From Octopus vulgaris (lineage: Eukaryota): DNA of 64,000 nucleotides. Both the position numbers and the translations under genes were made by a program. The notes under the pieces were generated by a model. The model did not search any database. It saw only the letters and a list, made by a program, of their open reading frames with translations, and was not told where the DNA came from. The stretch's first letter is position 1. The number at the start of each line of letters is the position of its first letter. Shown here in pieces: positions 50,256-63,772 of the stretch. The stretch is from contig OX597827.1 of assembly GCA_951406725.2 (NCBI GenBank), forward strand, positions 56,110,001-56,174,000, written 5' to 3'.

Positions 50256-50727
50256 GTTATATAATTAGGGTTCAGTAAAATAATTTACTTTACCACACAC
50301 TGAACTTTTAGAAATAGCAGCCAAAAAATCTTAGCTATTTCTTCTACTATAAGAAAAATCTCCCAGACAATGTATACTCAAAAATAATTCACGTAGGCAT
50401 GGAGGGAAAAATAACAAAAGATCATATGTACATTAAGATTACTCGAGAACGTACGTTTCTAGATTAGTTGAATTTAAAACTCAACATTTCCTTCGTCAGC
50501 TCAAAGATTTCTTAGATTTGGATTTGAGAGCACTAAAAATCGAACATACCCGTCTGATATGAGTAAACCCAGACAAACCATCTTCGACTGCCAGTACCAA
50601 CGAATTCAAACAGTACGAATGAAACTTTGCATTCATCCCGCTTCCACCCACGTGAGTTATAGAGTAAACAAATTCCTACAGAGAACTGTAGTTGAAAAAC
50701 AGAGAGAGAGAATTATATTATTATATA

Positions 50728-51294
50728 CACTACCGTCAGAAATTAATTAGCACCCTTGATTTGCTCACCATGAAGCATGGTGGGGGTGGTCTGATGGTGT
50801 GAGGGGCGTTCAGCTACAGTGGTGTTGGGCGGCTCTATGCCGTCGAAGGCAACATCAACGCAGCAAAGTACGTTGAGATAGTACGGGATACCTCTTTGGT
50901 GGCGAGGAGTACGTGCTGGCCAGTCACCTGACCTGAACCCTATTGAGAACCTCTGGAGTCGATTGGGTAGGGATTTGAATGTGCAGCAATACAGGAACCG
51001 ACACGAGCTGTTTGGGGCACTTCTTGCTGCATGAGGGGCCATCCCTGCACAGTACCTGCAGGCACTCATAGACAGCATGCCGACCCGCGTAGCAGCTGTC
51101 ATTGCTGCCAAAGGAGGAGCAACAAGATATTGACTAAATTTCACGATTAATAACAATTATGTGGTGTGCTGGGATATGATTTAATAATTTTTTGATTAAA
51201 AACGAGTTCGTTACTGATAATAAGTTAATTAAATTAAGAAAATGTAAGAAAATGTAGAAATTTGAGAAGTGCTAATTAATTTCCGACGCAAGTG
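50728..51294 (+). mobile_element. Internally deleted Tc1 transposon with transposase remnants
   Basis: TA TSD and TIRs; KHGGGGLMV.GAFS...NINAAKYVEI and SPDLNPIENLW...SMPTRVAAVIAAKGGATRY. Confidence 0.9.
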
Positions 51295-51353
51295 TATATA
51301 TATATATAGAGAGAGAGAGAAGAGAATATATGGGATGGAGAGTCACAGAAGAG

Positions 51354-51868
51354 GTCGAAGGCAACATCAACGCAGCAAAGTACGTTGAGATAGTACGGGA
51401 TACCTCTTTGGTGGCGAGGAGTACGTGCTGGCCAGTCACCTGACCTGAACCCTATTGAGAACCTCTGGAGTCGATTGGGTAGGGATTTGAATGTGCAGCA
51501 ATACAGGAACCGACACGAGCTGTTTGGGGCACTTCTTGCTGCATGAGGGGCCATCCCTGCACAGTACCTGCAGGCACTCATAGACAGCATGCCGACCCGC
51601 GTAGCAGCTGTCATTGCTGCCAAAGGAGGAGCAACAAGATATTGACTAAATTTCACGATTAATAACAATTATGTGGTGTGCTGGGATATGATTTAATAAT
51701 TTTTTGATTAAAAACGAGTTCGTTACTGATAATAAGTTAATTAAATTAAGAAAATGTAAGAAAATGTAGAAATTTGAGAAGTGCTAATTAATTTCCGATG
51801 CAAGTGTATATATATATATATAGAGAGAGAGAAGAGAATATATGGGATGGAGAGTCACAGAAGAGGTC
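51354..51868 (+). repeat. 512-bp tandem duplication of the Tc1 3' half plus flank
   Basis: Near-identical to 50842-51356; GTC microhomology at the junction. Confidence 0.9.
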
Positions 51869-52337
51869 ACAGGATGTGTGACAAAAGATTTCCAGACAAA
51901 AGACATAAATTAGTAACAATAATAAACCTGAAATATACATTTATTTGACAAAACAAAAAAGAAAATGGCCACTCTGAAATATAACACAAACACACACACA
52001 CACAAACACACATACACACACACACATGCACACATATATATATATATAATACTTTGCAGTTTTATTATCTTTTAAACAGTTTTAATGTAGTGTTAATCGT
52101 AACAAAGTTTTATAATAATAGTTAATTACAAGTATACTTTTATTAGTTCCTATTTAATAAATTTAATGTTACATTAGAGCTTGTAAGAGCATGTTGTGTT
52201 TTTATTATTAACTTTTAAATTATGAAATAATGTATTTCATTCATAATTATTATATCTTTCATTAAATTAAATTCAATCATGTTTTGTTTGGGAGAGAATT
52301 AAAATAAAGCTTTCACTTTCTTTTATTATAGTAGTAA

Positions 52338-53901
52338 CTAGCAGTATCGCCCGGCGTTGCTCGGGTTTGTAAGGGAAATAACTATATAAGCATTTTTAGA
52401 GAGTTATAGCCAAAAAATAGCAAAAAAATGCATTAAAAATTGAAAAAAATTAAGGTAAATTTTTTTTTAAATCGTTGACACATCGTAGATATTTTTAGAG
52501 AGTTACTTCCCTTATATAAAAGCGAAAAAAATGCATTAAAATGGAAAAATATGATGGTAAATTTTTTTAAATCGTAGACTCATCGTAGACGCACGCTAAT
52601 ACCCAGAAGGGCTCGATATGAATCACGACTATAAGATACCCGCTTTTGGTTAAACTGCACCGCAAAATGTGGGAGTAGTTAGGAATCTAAATCGTAGGAG
52701 ACAGACACACAACTTCACTCTTATATAAAGATGCTTTTTTTTTTTCAGTCATAGAGTTAGATTTATGAAGGTCTTCAGTAGAAAATCCTTCGAATTCTGA
52801 CTCGCTGCTTGATATAATGAAATTCGTATCCATTTTTTGTCAGAATTACAAATTTTGAAAACACAATAGGAACAAATTTCGGAAAAAAATCTCCCATAAT
52901 TCACGGAATTAAAATTACACTTCGATTTTTGTACAAAACTGTAGTTGAAGTGTTTACGAAGTATAATACGTGTTTTCACGAATGTACTAAAGAGATTTGC
53001 TCTGATATTCTCATTTAAATATGAATAGGTAAATTCGGGCGGCTTGGTAACTATATATAAGTGTCGTCTGTTTATACATAAACACTGTTTCATACTGCAA
53101 TTATATATACATATATCTATATATAATATTATATAATAAAATATATACAGAGTAAAATAAAAACCAATTTACCTTTTCTGTCCGTCCGTGTGTCTTTGCA
53201 AATGTGTTGGAATGATAAGTGAGTTGAGTTTTGGCGCCTTTTTACTAATAACAAACACACACGTGTTTGTATGTAGTTGTATGTGTATGTAGTTGTATGT
53301 AGTTGTATATGTATGTGTATGCCTGTGTGTGAGGAATGACACACACACACTCACGCACGCACACATGTACATCAATGCTTTCGGAGTGATATGTTAAAAT
53401 ATTGAGTTTTCTCGAATTTTGTCTTAATTGGTGGTAAAATTGAAAGAAATTTTTTATGGCATCACCCACCGAAGTACTCTGAAAAATCTTAGGTAAATTC
53501 TAATTGAAGAAATTGTGTGAGGAGTAAATGGTTATGTATTTATTTGTTTCTGTTTGCTGTGTTTTTTTATTTTTTGAGTAGTGGTTTAAATACTTTCAGT
53601 TTAGTCTTCCTCAAATCACTCTGTCGCTATTTACTTTCATTTTATTCGTTGCACACTGTGTGTGTGCGTTTGCGTGTGGTGTAAACCAGACTAAGAAAAG
53701 CATTTGACACACACACCAGAATGTGAGTTTTCTGTAAATTTTGCTTAATTGGAGTTTAAATTTTAAAAACTGGACCTGGCATGATGCGATGCATTGTACT
53801 CTTAAAAATGCTAGGTAAATTGTAATTGAAGAAATCCTATATTGTAGATTTCTATAACTCCCAAAGGGAGGCAGATAAAATCTGCCTTTTATAATAAGAG
53901 A
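52338..53901 (-). mobile_element. Composite non-autonomous Helitron, unit 1
   Basis: 5' TCTCTTATTATAAAAGGCAG, internal second 5' end at 52731, 3' hairpin + CTAG|T. Confidence 0.8.
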
Positions 53902-55258
53902 CTAGCAGTATCGCCCGGCGTTGCTCGGGTTTGTAAGGGAAATAACTATATAAGCATTTTTAGAGAGTTATAGCCAAAAAATAGCAAAAAAATGCATTAA
54001 AAATTGAAAAAAAATTAAGGTAATTTTTTTTTAAATCGTTGACACATCGTAGATATTTTTAGAGAGTTACTTCCCTTATATAATAACGAAAAATATGCAT
54101 TAAAATGGAAAAATATGATGGTAAATTTTTTTAAAATCGTAGACTCATCGTAGACGCGCGCTAATACCCAGAAGGGCTCGATATGAATCACGACTATAAG
54201 ATACCCGCTTTTGGTTAAACTACACCGCAAAATGTGGGAGTAGTTAGGAATCTAAATCGTAGGAGACAGACACACAACTTCACTCTTATATATAAAGATA
54301 TAAGCCACGTAGTTATATACACATACTTTGTTATATACACATTCTTAAAAGAAAATGTTATTTTGAACACAACATTTACAAAGAATAAAATATTTTTTGG
54401 TTTTTATATAATAAAATATATACAGAGTAAAATAAAAACCAATTTACCTTTTCTGTATTGTTATTCGACCGTCCGTGTGTCTTTGCAAATGTGTTGGAAT
54501 GATAAGTGAGTTGTGTTTTAGCGCCTTTTTTTACTAATAACAAACACACACGTGTTTGTATGTAGTTGTTTGAAATGTTTGTGTTTGCCACTCTCATATA
54601 TGTATGTATATGCGTGTGTGAGGAATGACACACACACACACTCACGCACGCACACATGTACATCAATGCTTTTATGAGCGTCATAGAGAGAAACAAATAT
54701 TACATCGCCATCGCCATAGCCATCGCCATCGCCATAGCCATCGCCATCGCCATAGCCATCGCCATCGCCATAGCCATCGCCATCGCCATAGCCATCGCCA
54801 TCGCCATAGCCATCGCCATCGCCATCGCCATCGCCATAGCCATCGCATTCTATTTTCTACCTGTCAACACACAGTGAATTAGTTTCAGTTTATTCATTGC
54901 ACACTGTGTGTGTGCGCGCCATCGCCATAGCCATCGCCATCGCCATAGCCATCGCATTCTATTTTCTACCTGTCAACACACAGTGAATTAGTTTCAGTTT
55001 ATTCATTGCACACTGTGTGTGTGCGTTTGCGTGTGCTGTAAACCAGACTAAGAAAAGCATTTGACACACACACCAGAATGTGAGTTTTCTGTAAATTTTG
55101 CTTAATTGGAGTTTAAATTTTAAAAACTGGACCTGGCATGACGCGATGCATTGTACTCTTAAAAATGGTAGGTAAATTGTAATTGAAGAAATCCTATATT
55201 GTAGATTTGTATAACTCCCAAAGGGAGGCAGATAAAATCTGCCTTTTATAATAAGAGA
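53902..55258 (-). mobile_element. Composite non-autonomous Helitron, unit 2, containing a (GCCATC/GCCATA)n array
   Basis: A|TCTCTTATTATAAAAGGCAG start, internal 5' end at 54298, CTAG end abutting unit 1. Confidence 0.8.
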
Positions 55259-55420
55259 TTATGGAAGACTGGTGGGATTATTATTACGTGTATGGACTTA
55301 AAGATTGGCCACTATTTAGTATATAATTTAGTTATTGTAGGTTTACTATTAATACCGATACAGATGTACATAGATTTATGTGTTTCTTGTTGTAGTTTAA
55401 TTTTAAAGTTAGTAATAATC

Positions 55421-55454
<34 letters not shown>

Positions 55455-55763
55455 ATATAATTTTGTATAATAGTTGCAGCACAACTTGTCAAAGTGCGTA
55501 TAAAGTATATGTAGTAATGTATATGCTTGTTTAATCCTGCTTATATTTAGATTGAATATTGTTGTACATAGGATAAATGTGTTTTTGGTATGTTTGTCCC
55601 CAAACATAACTTCTTTTAGTGCTGTTGACACCACTGCATTGAATGGTACTGCCCAGGTGTCGAAACCATAATGATATCCGTGGAGCAGCTGATGATGGAG
55701 GTGTGTTGGATTGTTGGTATGGCTGGTTTTGTATATGTGGAATAATATTATAACACATCCTTT

Positions 55764-55807
<44 letters not shown>

Positions 55808-56637
55808 GCACACAAGAGGGATACCCAAAAGAAACCTGAATTTTGCAATATTATTTTATTCACTTAGTTTTACATGTTTACACTTTTATCGCCTTCAAAG
55901 TATTCTCCATTTGAAGCAATGCATCAGTCCAGATGCATTTTTCACTATTCAAAGCAGAGCTTTAACCAAGCAAAACTACCTGTGGAGTCCAAACACTGGT
56001 CTTCAGTCCAAGAAATTCCCACCCATGATCAAGGAGCTAGAAGCCTTTGAAACTGGACATCATACTACTGCTGAAATTTCCTAAGTCTTCTAATCTTTTT
56101 CAAAGTAAACTTCAGGTAGGCATCCATAGGCTTAATATTTCTAATAGAACTTCACTTTTTTCAGACATGACAAAAAATTAAATAGAACAGATAATGATAA
56201 ACATGCATCACCACTAAACATATGCATAGCCACACAACAATAGCATTACACTAATATACAGGAAGGGAGCTACTCAAGCCCTTAATAGCATTAACCATGA
56301 AGCCAAAGAAATAGCTTTTAGACAAGGCATTGAGGACAGGGTGGAGGCTTTAGCAGAAAAGGAGGTCTTTATGATGATCAAAAGCCACAGACTAAACTTT
56401 ACCTCCAGCCTCAAGTGTTGTCTAATCAGCCCTCCAGAATTGGAGATTGGCTTGTGAGCACATTCACCATATAAATGAGACCATCTATAACCTTATCAGT
56501 CCATGTACACATAGTTTTTGGTAATTGATGGTAACTGCTACTGGTCTGAATTTGAATATATCAAAGAACAGAAAAAATAACAAGAGAAAATAAAGTGGGT
56601 TATAGCGGTTTCATATCTTTCTCGCAACACAACTTAC

Positions 56638-56728
56638 CTTTTGTACTTCACGGGTCACTTTCATGAATTTTACTATATTCATCTTTTGTTTTAGATCTTC
56701 CATCATCATCATCATTTTTCTGTGTTCC
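56638..56728 (-). CDS. CFAP43: CFAP43 exon (WEHRKMMMMMEDLKQK...VTREVQK)
   Basis: ctttcag acceptor, AAG|gtaagt donor, phase 2-0. Confidence 0.9.
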
Positions 56729-57891
56729 CTGAAAGAAAAATGATTTACAACTCTAAGTATTAAACACTAGAACCATCAAGTTTCAGTAAACTCCTGTCTC
56801 ATGAAGTTTGCAACAAGGATTCAGTTCCTAGTTGAACAATTTTTTTCTTTTTGTACACATTATACAAGTAATTTCCAGCCACAAATAAGATGCAAAATCA
56901 GTAAAACTTTTATTAGAAACTCAATAAGTGTTCATAAGTGGTTACAGTACATTTCCATACTCATTCTTTAAATAAATCTAGCTTTTTGGCAAATTTTATT
57001 ATCATAGTTATTGGCAGAATTGTTAGCACATCAAACAAAATGCTTTGTGATATTTCTTTCATCTGTTTACATTCTGAATTCAAATAAGATAATGAGGTGG
57101 TAAAAAATTATGCAAAATCTGACTCTCTAGTCAAAATTTTAGAGTTCCATCCCTTTACATTTTCATTTCAAGTCAGATTTGGATCGACTTTCATTTCATT
57201 CTTCAACACAAGAACTTGTGTTATGTTGAAAGAAACCATTATTGTAGCAATCTAAGCTTGTCAAGAGATAAAAATTGTAAAGTGTCTTATTGTAATTAGT
57301 TTAATTTCACTTTGGGTGCAGAAGCTTTTTGTTTTTCTGGATTCAATGAAATAAATATAGTAGTCTTTATGTACTTAGGTCTTCCTAACACAGTATAGCC
57401 AAATGGCTAAGAAGTTTGCTTCACATTCATGAGAGCCCAGGTTTGCTCTCACTGTATAGTATCTTGGGCAAATGTCATTTACCATAAGTTCAAGTGAACC
57501 CAAATCTAGGGAGTGAAATTGGACAGAAGGAAAACTGTAAAAGCCCTTCAGATAGATTGAAATTGTCAATTAAATGTCAAATTGATATCGCCTTTAAATT
57601 ACATATTACAGAAGGACATGTTCAGTCACTTACACCCTAATTCAATGAGCAGGGGACCCAGTTAATCAAACAGCTGGGCACTTATTATCAGAACTAATAG
57701 AGATCCAGCATCCTGCTTTACAATTTTTTTAGCAATTTGCCAAAGTTAGAATCCTCGTTACATGACACATCTAACTCGAACACACCATGAAAGTGTCCAA
57801 AACATTTACCATTCCAGTCATCACTCTTATACTACCAACATGTATTCTGAAATCCTTCTTTTAATATAAAGTCTATTATAGTATCACTTAC

Positions 57892-57965
57892 CATTCTTTA
57901 TGAAATATTTGCTTTTTGAAGTTTTTGCTTTCAACCATACTAGAAATTTTCTGTTCTCCAAGTTC
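57892..57965 (-). CDS. CFAP43: CFAP43 exon (ELGEQKISSMVESKNFKKQIFHKE)
   Basis: tttcag acceptor, TG|gtaagt donor, phase 0-2. Confidence 0.9.
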
Positions 57966-58320
57966 CTGAAATTGCCAAAATATAAAAGACTAATTAGTAA
58001 GGTTAATTCTTTGTTTCTGAATTGTCCTATTCTCTGAATTATTTGTCCCAGTTGTCAGTAGATTTATTGTTGAATGAAAACTGAACATGGATGCACTGTA
58101 TCCATAGTCAAGACATGCAACTCTCAATGGCTTGTTCCACCCAACTGTGTCTTTTTAAAGACCATAGTTTCAAGTTCCCTCATGTAAAGGTCATGATATG
58201 AAACTATTCCAATGAAACACAACAATGGTCAAATATATACAATTATTGTAAGTTCAAGATGTTATCGTTTGAGTGAAGGCACTGTTCAATCCCCAAATTA
58301 ACTCTTCTTTCAAGGAAGAG

Positions 58321-58737
<417 letters not shown>

Positions 58738-59274
58738 AAGCAAGAAAGAAAGTAATTAAGTATTTATGTTGAATCAAAATTGAATTTAATATATGTAACA
58801 AATCTTTAATATATTTCATTCTGAGAAAGAAATCCTGTTTAAAATACTTTTTGATGTTTTTACTTATTGAATTAAAAAGTAATTTTTTTTACTTATTAAT
58901 GATTATTACAATAATTGCTTATTATAATAATAAAACTATAATTATTATAATAATTACTTATTAAACCTTACATATAGTGAAACAACATCTGAAATTTTTT
59001 TCAGGGTTCTCTTGTGAACTTTGCACCAACATCTGTTCAAAATAGAATGTCCATTCCCAATATAGTTTAACCCTTACAATTATAATCATAAGACTAATGG
59101 TCAATGAATTAGTAAAATCCAACTGACTTTTTTCTTCAGAAATGAACTCTTCTTGAAACCTTAAATACTTCCTCTCTCCATGGCAAACTAAGATAACTCC
59201 TTTTCCCCCCAAAAGAAAAAAAATTATGAGATCCATACATATACACATTACTACAGTATAAACACCAGAAAGTG

Positions 59275-59520
59275 GAGGCACGTGGCTTAGTGGTTAGGGT
59301 GTCAACATCATGATCGTAAGATTGTGGTTTCGATTTCTGGACCAGGCAATGCGTTGTGTTCTTGAGCAAAACACTTCATTTCACGTTGCTCCAGTCTACT
59401 CAGCTGGCAAAAATGAGTAATGCTGCGATGGACTGGCGTCCAATCCAGCTGGGGAACACATACACCATTGAAACCGGGAAACTAGGCCCATGAGCCCGGC
59501 TAGGTTTTAAAAGGGCACAT
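59275..59520 (+). mobile_element. tRNA-derived SINE, family C related
   Basis: tggcttagtgg A-box, ggtttcgatttc B-box-like, ttcttgagcaaaacac body. Confidence 0.75.
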
Positions 59521-59626
59521 TTATTTTATTTATTATTATAAACACCAGAAAACACATAGTTACACAAATCATTCATGTTTACATTATCACACAATCATGC
59601 AAACTTTGTGCAATTAAAATAAATAC

Positions 59627-59786
59627 CTTAATTTTGGTGTTAAGTTCTTCAATAATGCTGCGGTGTATTAGGACAGCCCCTTGGGAATTATGAATCAGAG
59701 CATCATGTTCTAACTCCACTTGTCCCTGCTTTATCAAAAGCTGTATATCAATGTCAATGTGGAATTGTTGTTTGTCTCTCTTCAGT
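59627..59786 (-). CDS. CFAP43: CFAP43 exon (LKRDKQQF...QLLIKQGQVELE...IIEELNTKIK)
   Basis: ttgtag acceptor, AAG|gtattt donor, phase 2-0; KQGQVE motif. Confidence 0.92.
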
Positions 59787-59887
59787 CTACAATGAAACCA
59801 AAGTGAACTTCAATTAGGCAATGTTTAGTTCTCAAACAGATGTAAAATCTGAAAAATGGCTGAGGGTCTTTTAAAAAGAACGCTTAA

Positions 59888-60225
59888 CCCTTTGCATGTC
59901 CTGTGTGTCATATGTGATATGCAGAATATATTTCCCTGGCTTTCATACATCATATATATGACGGTGCATGAAAACACATGTGAGATGTCACTAACTGAGA
60001 AAAACAACGTATTTCTATTAAAAAATGAAATGTGATGTGGGGACCTGTTTCTTCACTATTTTGACTTTGACCCCATTTTTCTCAATTGTTTATTTATCAA
60101 TATCCTATGGGTTTTCACATGCACCATCAAATATGATACATATTCCCATTTGTCCTTTATAACTAGAATGATTTCAGACTTATGAAAGGCAAATTTTATA
60201 TTACTTAAAACTTATGAAACAAGGG
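59888..60225. mobile_element. piggyBac-like MITE
   Basis: TTAA|CCCTT ... AAGGG|TTAA. Confidence 0.55.
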
Positions 60226-60467
60226 TTAAGCATCTGAAAACAAGTATATATATTTAGGACAAATTATAAAAAGGCTTTCGACAGTGTCATGGCTTCAAAA
60301 GATATTTCTTGAGTGAGTTGGAGCTTGTTTAGCCTTACCTAAGTAAATTAGCTTGCCATATCCAACAAAAATATTCTACCTGTTTATATTCAAACCACCC
60401 AGATCTAGCCTTTCATACCCACCCTACAATTTCATTCTGAAAATTAAAAGTTACCTCATCAAATTCA

Positions 60468-60665
60468 CAAAGCCACGAGGTAATTCATGATTATTTCAAA
60501 ACAATGCGAACAAACAAGCATTACATTATTTACATTATTTACATTCGACAGATATTTGTCCTCATTTTGTTTGTTGTTAACACGTTTCGGCTGATATACC
60601 CTCCAGCCTTCTTCTGGTGTCTTGGGGAAATTTTGAACCTGGATTCTCATTCCTAAGGTATTTTT
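60468..60665 (-). mobile_element. Penelope-like terminal fragment with mutated hammerhead (same family as 22757)
   Basis: Matches 22757-22945; core reads CAGAAGA instead of CUGAAGA. Confidence 0.75.
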
Positions 60666-61478
60666 TCCTTTTTTTACGATATTGTTGTTGTTGTTGTTTC
60701 ACTACCTGGCTGGCTCCTGTCAATCATCTTACTCATGCACGCATGGAAGATGGACATTAAACGATGACAACGGTGATGATGATGATATGTATGTATATAT
60801 ACATACATATTTCCTCAAAAATTTTGAAAATTTCCCCCAAAATTTTTGACAAATTTTTTGAAAATTTCCCTAAAAATTTTATGAAATATATACATACGTA
60901 TTTATATATATATTATATATTTGTACTATATATGTAATATATATATGTATTATATATGTCTCAGTGTCTATGTTTCTCCCCAACTACTGCTTCTCAACTG
61001 GTGTTGGTGTGTTTATATCCCTGTAACAGTTTGGCAAAAGAGACTGATAGAATAAGTACCAGGCTTAACAAAATAATAATAAGTACTGGAGTTGACTTGT
61101 TCGACTAAAATTCTTTGAGGTGGTGCCCCAGTATGGTCGCAGTCTAATGACTGAAATAAGTAAAAGATAAACAATTACATATATGTAATAATGAAATTAC
61201 ATATTATGGAATTTATTACATCTTGTCATGTTTGTGATCTCTCAGTTCATAGAAGTGTTATCCTGCATGAAATCAGCTCATAGTTTTGGGACTGCTGTTG
61301 TAGTGGATCAGTAACTAATTAAAGCCAGAGTACGTTCTGACCGTGATGACAAACATTAGTCTTTATTAGCAATTCTAAATAGATATATGTATTTGTATGC
61401 TGAGTTACCATGAAAGATAATTAGCAATTACGGAGTCTAGAACTTGCAGTAAATTTAGTTGTTTTAGTCATTTGCTAT

Positions 61479-61869
61479 CTCTCTATATATAAAGCTGAAG
61501 TTGTCTGTGTGTGGCAGGTTTGGTAGCCTTCAACTAACACTATCTCCTCTGAGACCCTGTGGCACAAGTTGACCAAAATTGAGAGTATGATAGAAGAAGG
61601 CTTGCTCTTCCTTCCATAGAAGAAAAAATTCAAATCGGACCATGTTAACACCAAAAATTATTTACATCAAAAAGGTGTTTTTTTTCTATGAAAATCCCTA
61701 CTTTTTACGATTTGCTGACTGCTGTGTCGCTATTTTTCGGTGTATTTCAACCAGAAAAATGTTCACTTAAAGAGAATAACAAGCTACATAATGCGAAATT
61801 TTTACTTTTCAAAAATTCCAATTCTAAAGGGCTGAAACAAACCTGAGCAACGCCGGGCGATACTACTAG
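61479..61869 (+). mobile_element. Non-autonomous Helitron (same family as 9530)
   Basis: a|TCTCTCTATATATAAAGCTGAAG ... gagcaacgccgggcgatactaCTAG|t. Confidence 0.82.
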
Positions 61870-62119
61870 TTTATGTAAAGAGAGAGTGTGGTGTTGCATA
61901 AGTAACTCCTTGATGTGTGTAGTTACAGTATCTTGATGCTGTTTAATGAGGTTTGATTTACAGCTTAGTGGACTGAGCCAGTTAGAGTAAAGTCTCTTGG
62001 CCATGGACACAATACAGCCCCTGTACAATGGGATATAAATCATCAAACATGGTAGCCAGCAACCTGTTTTCCTACAGACAAGGCTCAACAGTAATCTTAT
62101 TGATAAAAGTTATTGATAC

Positions 62120-62500
62120 TGGTATGGTTGTGTGGTAAGTAGTTTACTTTGCAAGCATGTGGTTTCAGGCTCAGTCCCACTATGTGGCACCTTTGACAAC
62201 TGCCTCCTACTATAAACCCAGGCTGACCAAGGCCTTCTGAATGAATTTGGTAGACAGAAACTGTGTGGAAACCCATCTTGTGTGTGGCGGGGGAGTGCTT
62301 GTGTGTGTTTTGTGTCTGTGTTTGTCCCTCACCACTGCTTGACAACCACTGTTGGTGTATTTACATCCCTGTAACTTAGCAGTTCGGCTAAGATACCAAT
62401 AGAATAGGCACCAGGCTTAAAAAATAAATATTGGAGTTAATTCATTCAAGTTAAAATTCTTCAGGGTTATGACTGTCTAATGGCTGAAAGAAGTAAAAGA
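62120..62500 (+). mobile_element. SINE family A, diverged
   Basis: Collinear match to family A. Confidence 0.7.
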
Positions 62501-62623
62501 TTAATTCAAAACAATGTGAATAAATAAGCATTATATATGAGAGAGTAATCTGAATGTTGAAGGGTTAAAAGTCTAAGAGACATTACTTTATTTTGGACTT
62601 GGAAGATACAAAGGAAGACTTAC

Positions 62624-62736
62624 TTCTTTATTTTCATTTCAATCTCATCCATTTCAGCATGTGATTTCTCCAGCTGCTCTATTTTATGCTGGTGGAAATC
62701 GCCCATCTCAGCAAATGTTAAAATACTTTTCATTAT
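62624..62736 (-). CDS. CFAP43: CFAP43 exon (IMKSILTFAEMGDFHQHK...EMKIK)
   Basis: gacag acceptor after a 99-bp intron, gtaagt donor, phase 0-2. Confidence 0.88.
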
Positions 62737-62768
62737 CTGTCATAGTGCAGAAAACAGAAAAAGAAATG

Positions 62769-62800
<32 letters not shown>

Positions 62801-62835
62801 CGACTGAAACCATTTCTCATTGCCACTAATCTTAC

Positions 62836-63058
62836 CTCTTCTTCTTTTTTAAGCTTATTTCTTCTTAACTCGCATAACTTTACCCAAGTATTTTGGTCTA
62901 AGCCTTCTGGCTGTTGGCTGTCATTGTCAAATTCCTTAAGAGCAGCTGCAATTGAAGCATTCCCTTGTTGAGCAATCACAATTTTCCTTTGGTGATATAT
63001 GCTTTGCATCACAATGTCCCCAGATGGCATTGTATCTGGTGTTTTGAATTTATAAGCC
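62836..63058 (-). CDS. CFAP43: CFAP43 exon (AYKFKTPDTMP...PEGLDQNTWVKLCELRRNKLKKEEE)
   Basis: ttttag acceptor, GAG|gtaag donor, phase 2-0. Confidence 0.9.
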
Positions 63059-63205
63059 CTAAAATAATAGAAATGTTAGAAGGGAGGCAAAAGTAATCAA
63101 TCAGTTGAGTAGCCACAACAAAACCAAAAACTGACCAATGTATGTAAAAAAAAAAAAGGAAGAAATTTAAAGAGAATCTTTTACCATTATATGAAGAAAT
63201 TTCTA

Positions 63206-63772
63206 TTGGGTTGTCCGGGAAGTTTGTGCTGATTTTTAAAGGAAAGAAAAAGGTCAATAAATACTTGCCATTACATTTTTAATCAACCAAATATGAACCA
63301 TTTTGTTGCACAATGCATCTCCATCTTTCCTTTAACTTGAAAATACCTTCTTCCCAGAATTCAGGTGGTTTCATGGCAAAGAATTCATCAAGGTATCTTT
63401 TCACATCATCCAAGGAATTGAAATTTTTACCATTAAGACTATTCTGCAGAGACCTGAATAAGTGGAAATCCAAAGGAGCAATATCTAGTGAATATGGAAG
63501 GTGGGTTAACATATCCCAGCCAAGCTGCAGCAATTTTTGTCTGATTCCCAAAGCATCAAGTGCCGAAAAATGAACTTTCTTATCTTCCATTTTAAAGAGT
63601 TACAGAATTAACACAGACTATAGGAACATAAACCTTCTTCCACGAAAAGATAGCTTAAACTGTGCTCTAAATGGAGGTGTAGTCAAATCCTATTTTGTGG
63701 ACTCAACCATGTTCTAAAATAAGTCGAAAGGTAAGCTACTATAAATCAGCTTGAACTTTCCGGACAACCCAA
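63206..63772 (-). mobile_element. Internally deleted mariner element
   Basis: TA TSD; TIRs ttgggttgtccgggaagtt / aactttccggacaacccaa; ORF 63279-63590 with HLPYSLDIAPLDFHLF (YSPDLAP.D motif) and ERW...NG.Y. Confidence 0.9.

Noticed and set aside
50743-51668. Two near-identical - strand ORFs (137 and 130 aa)
   Set aside because: They are antisense to the Tc1 transposase remnant and its duplicate.
54625-54882. HRHRHS / AIAIAI repeat ORFs
   Set aside because: They come from a hexamer microsatellite inside a Helitron, with no splice or coding support.
56700-56716. Run of five Met codons in CFAP43
   Set aside because: It appears length-equivalent to the K-M-x-M-x-x-E-D-L segment I recall from orthologues, so it reflects substitutions and not a repeat expansion.
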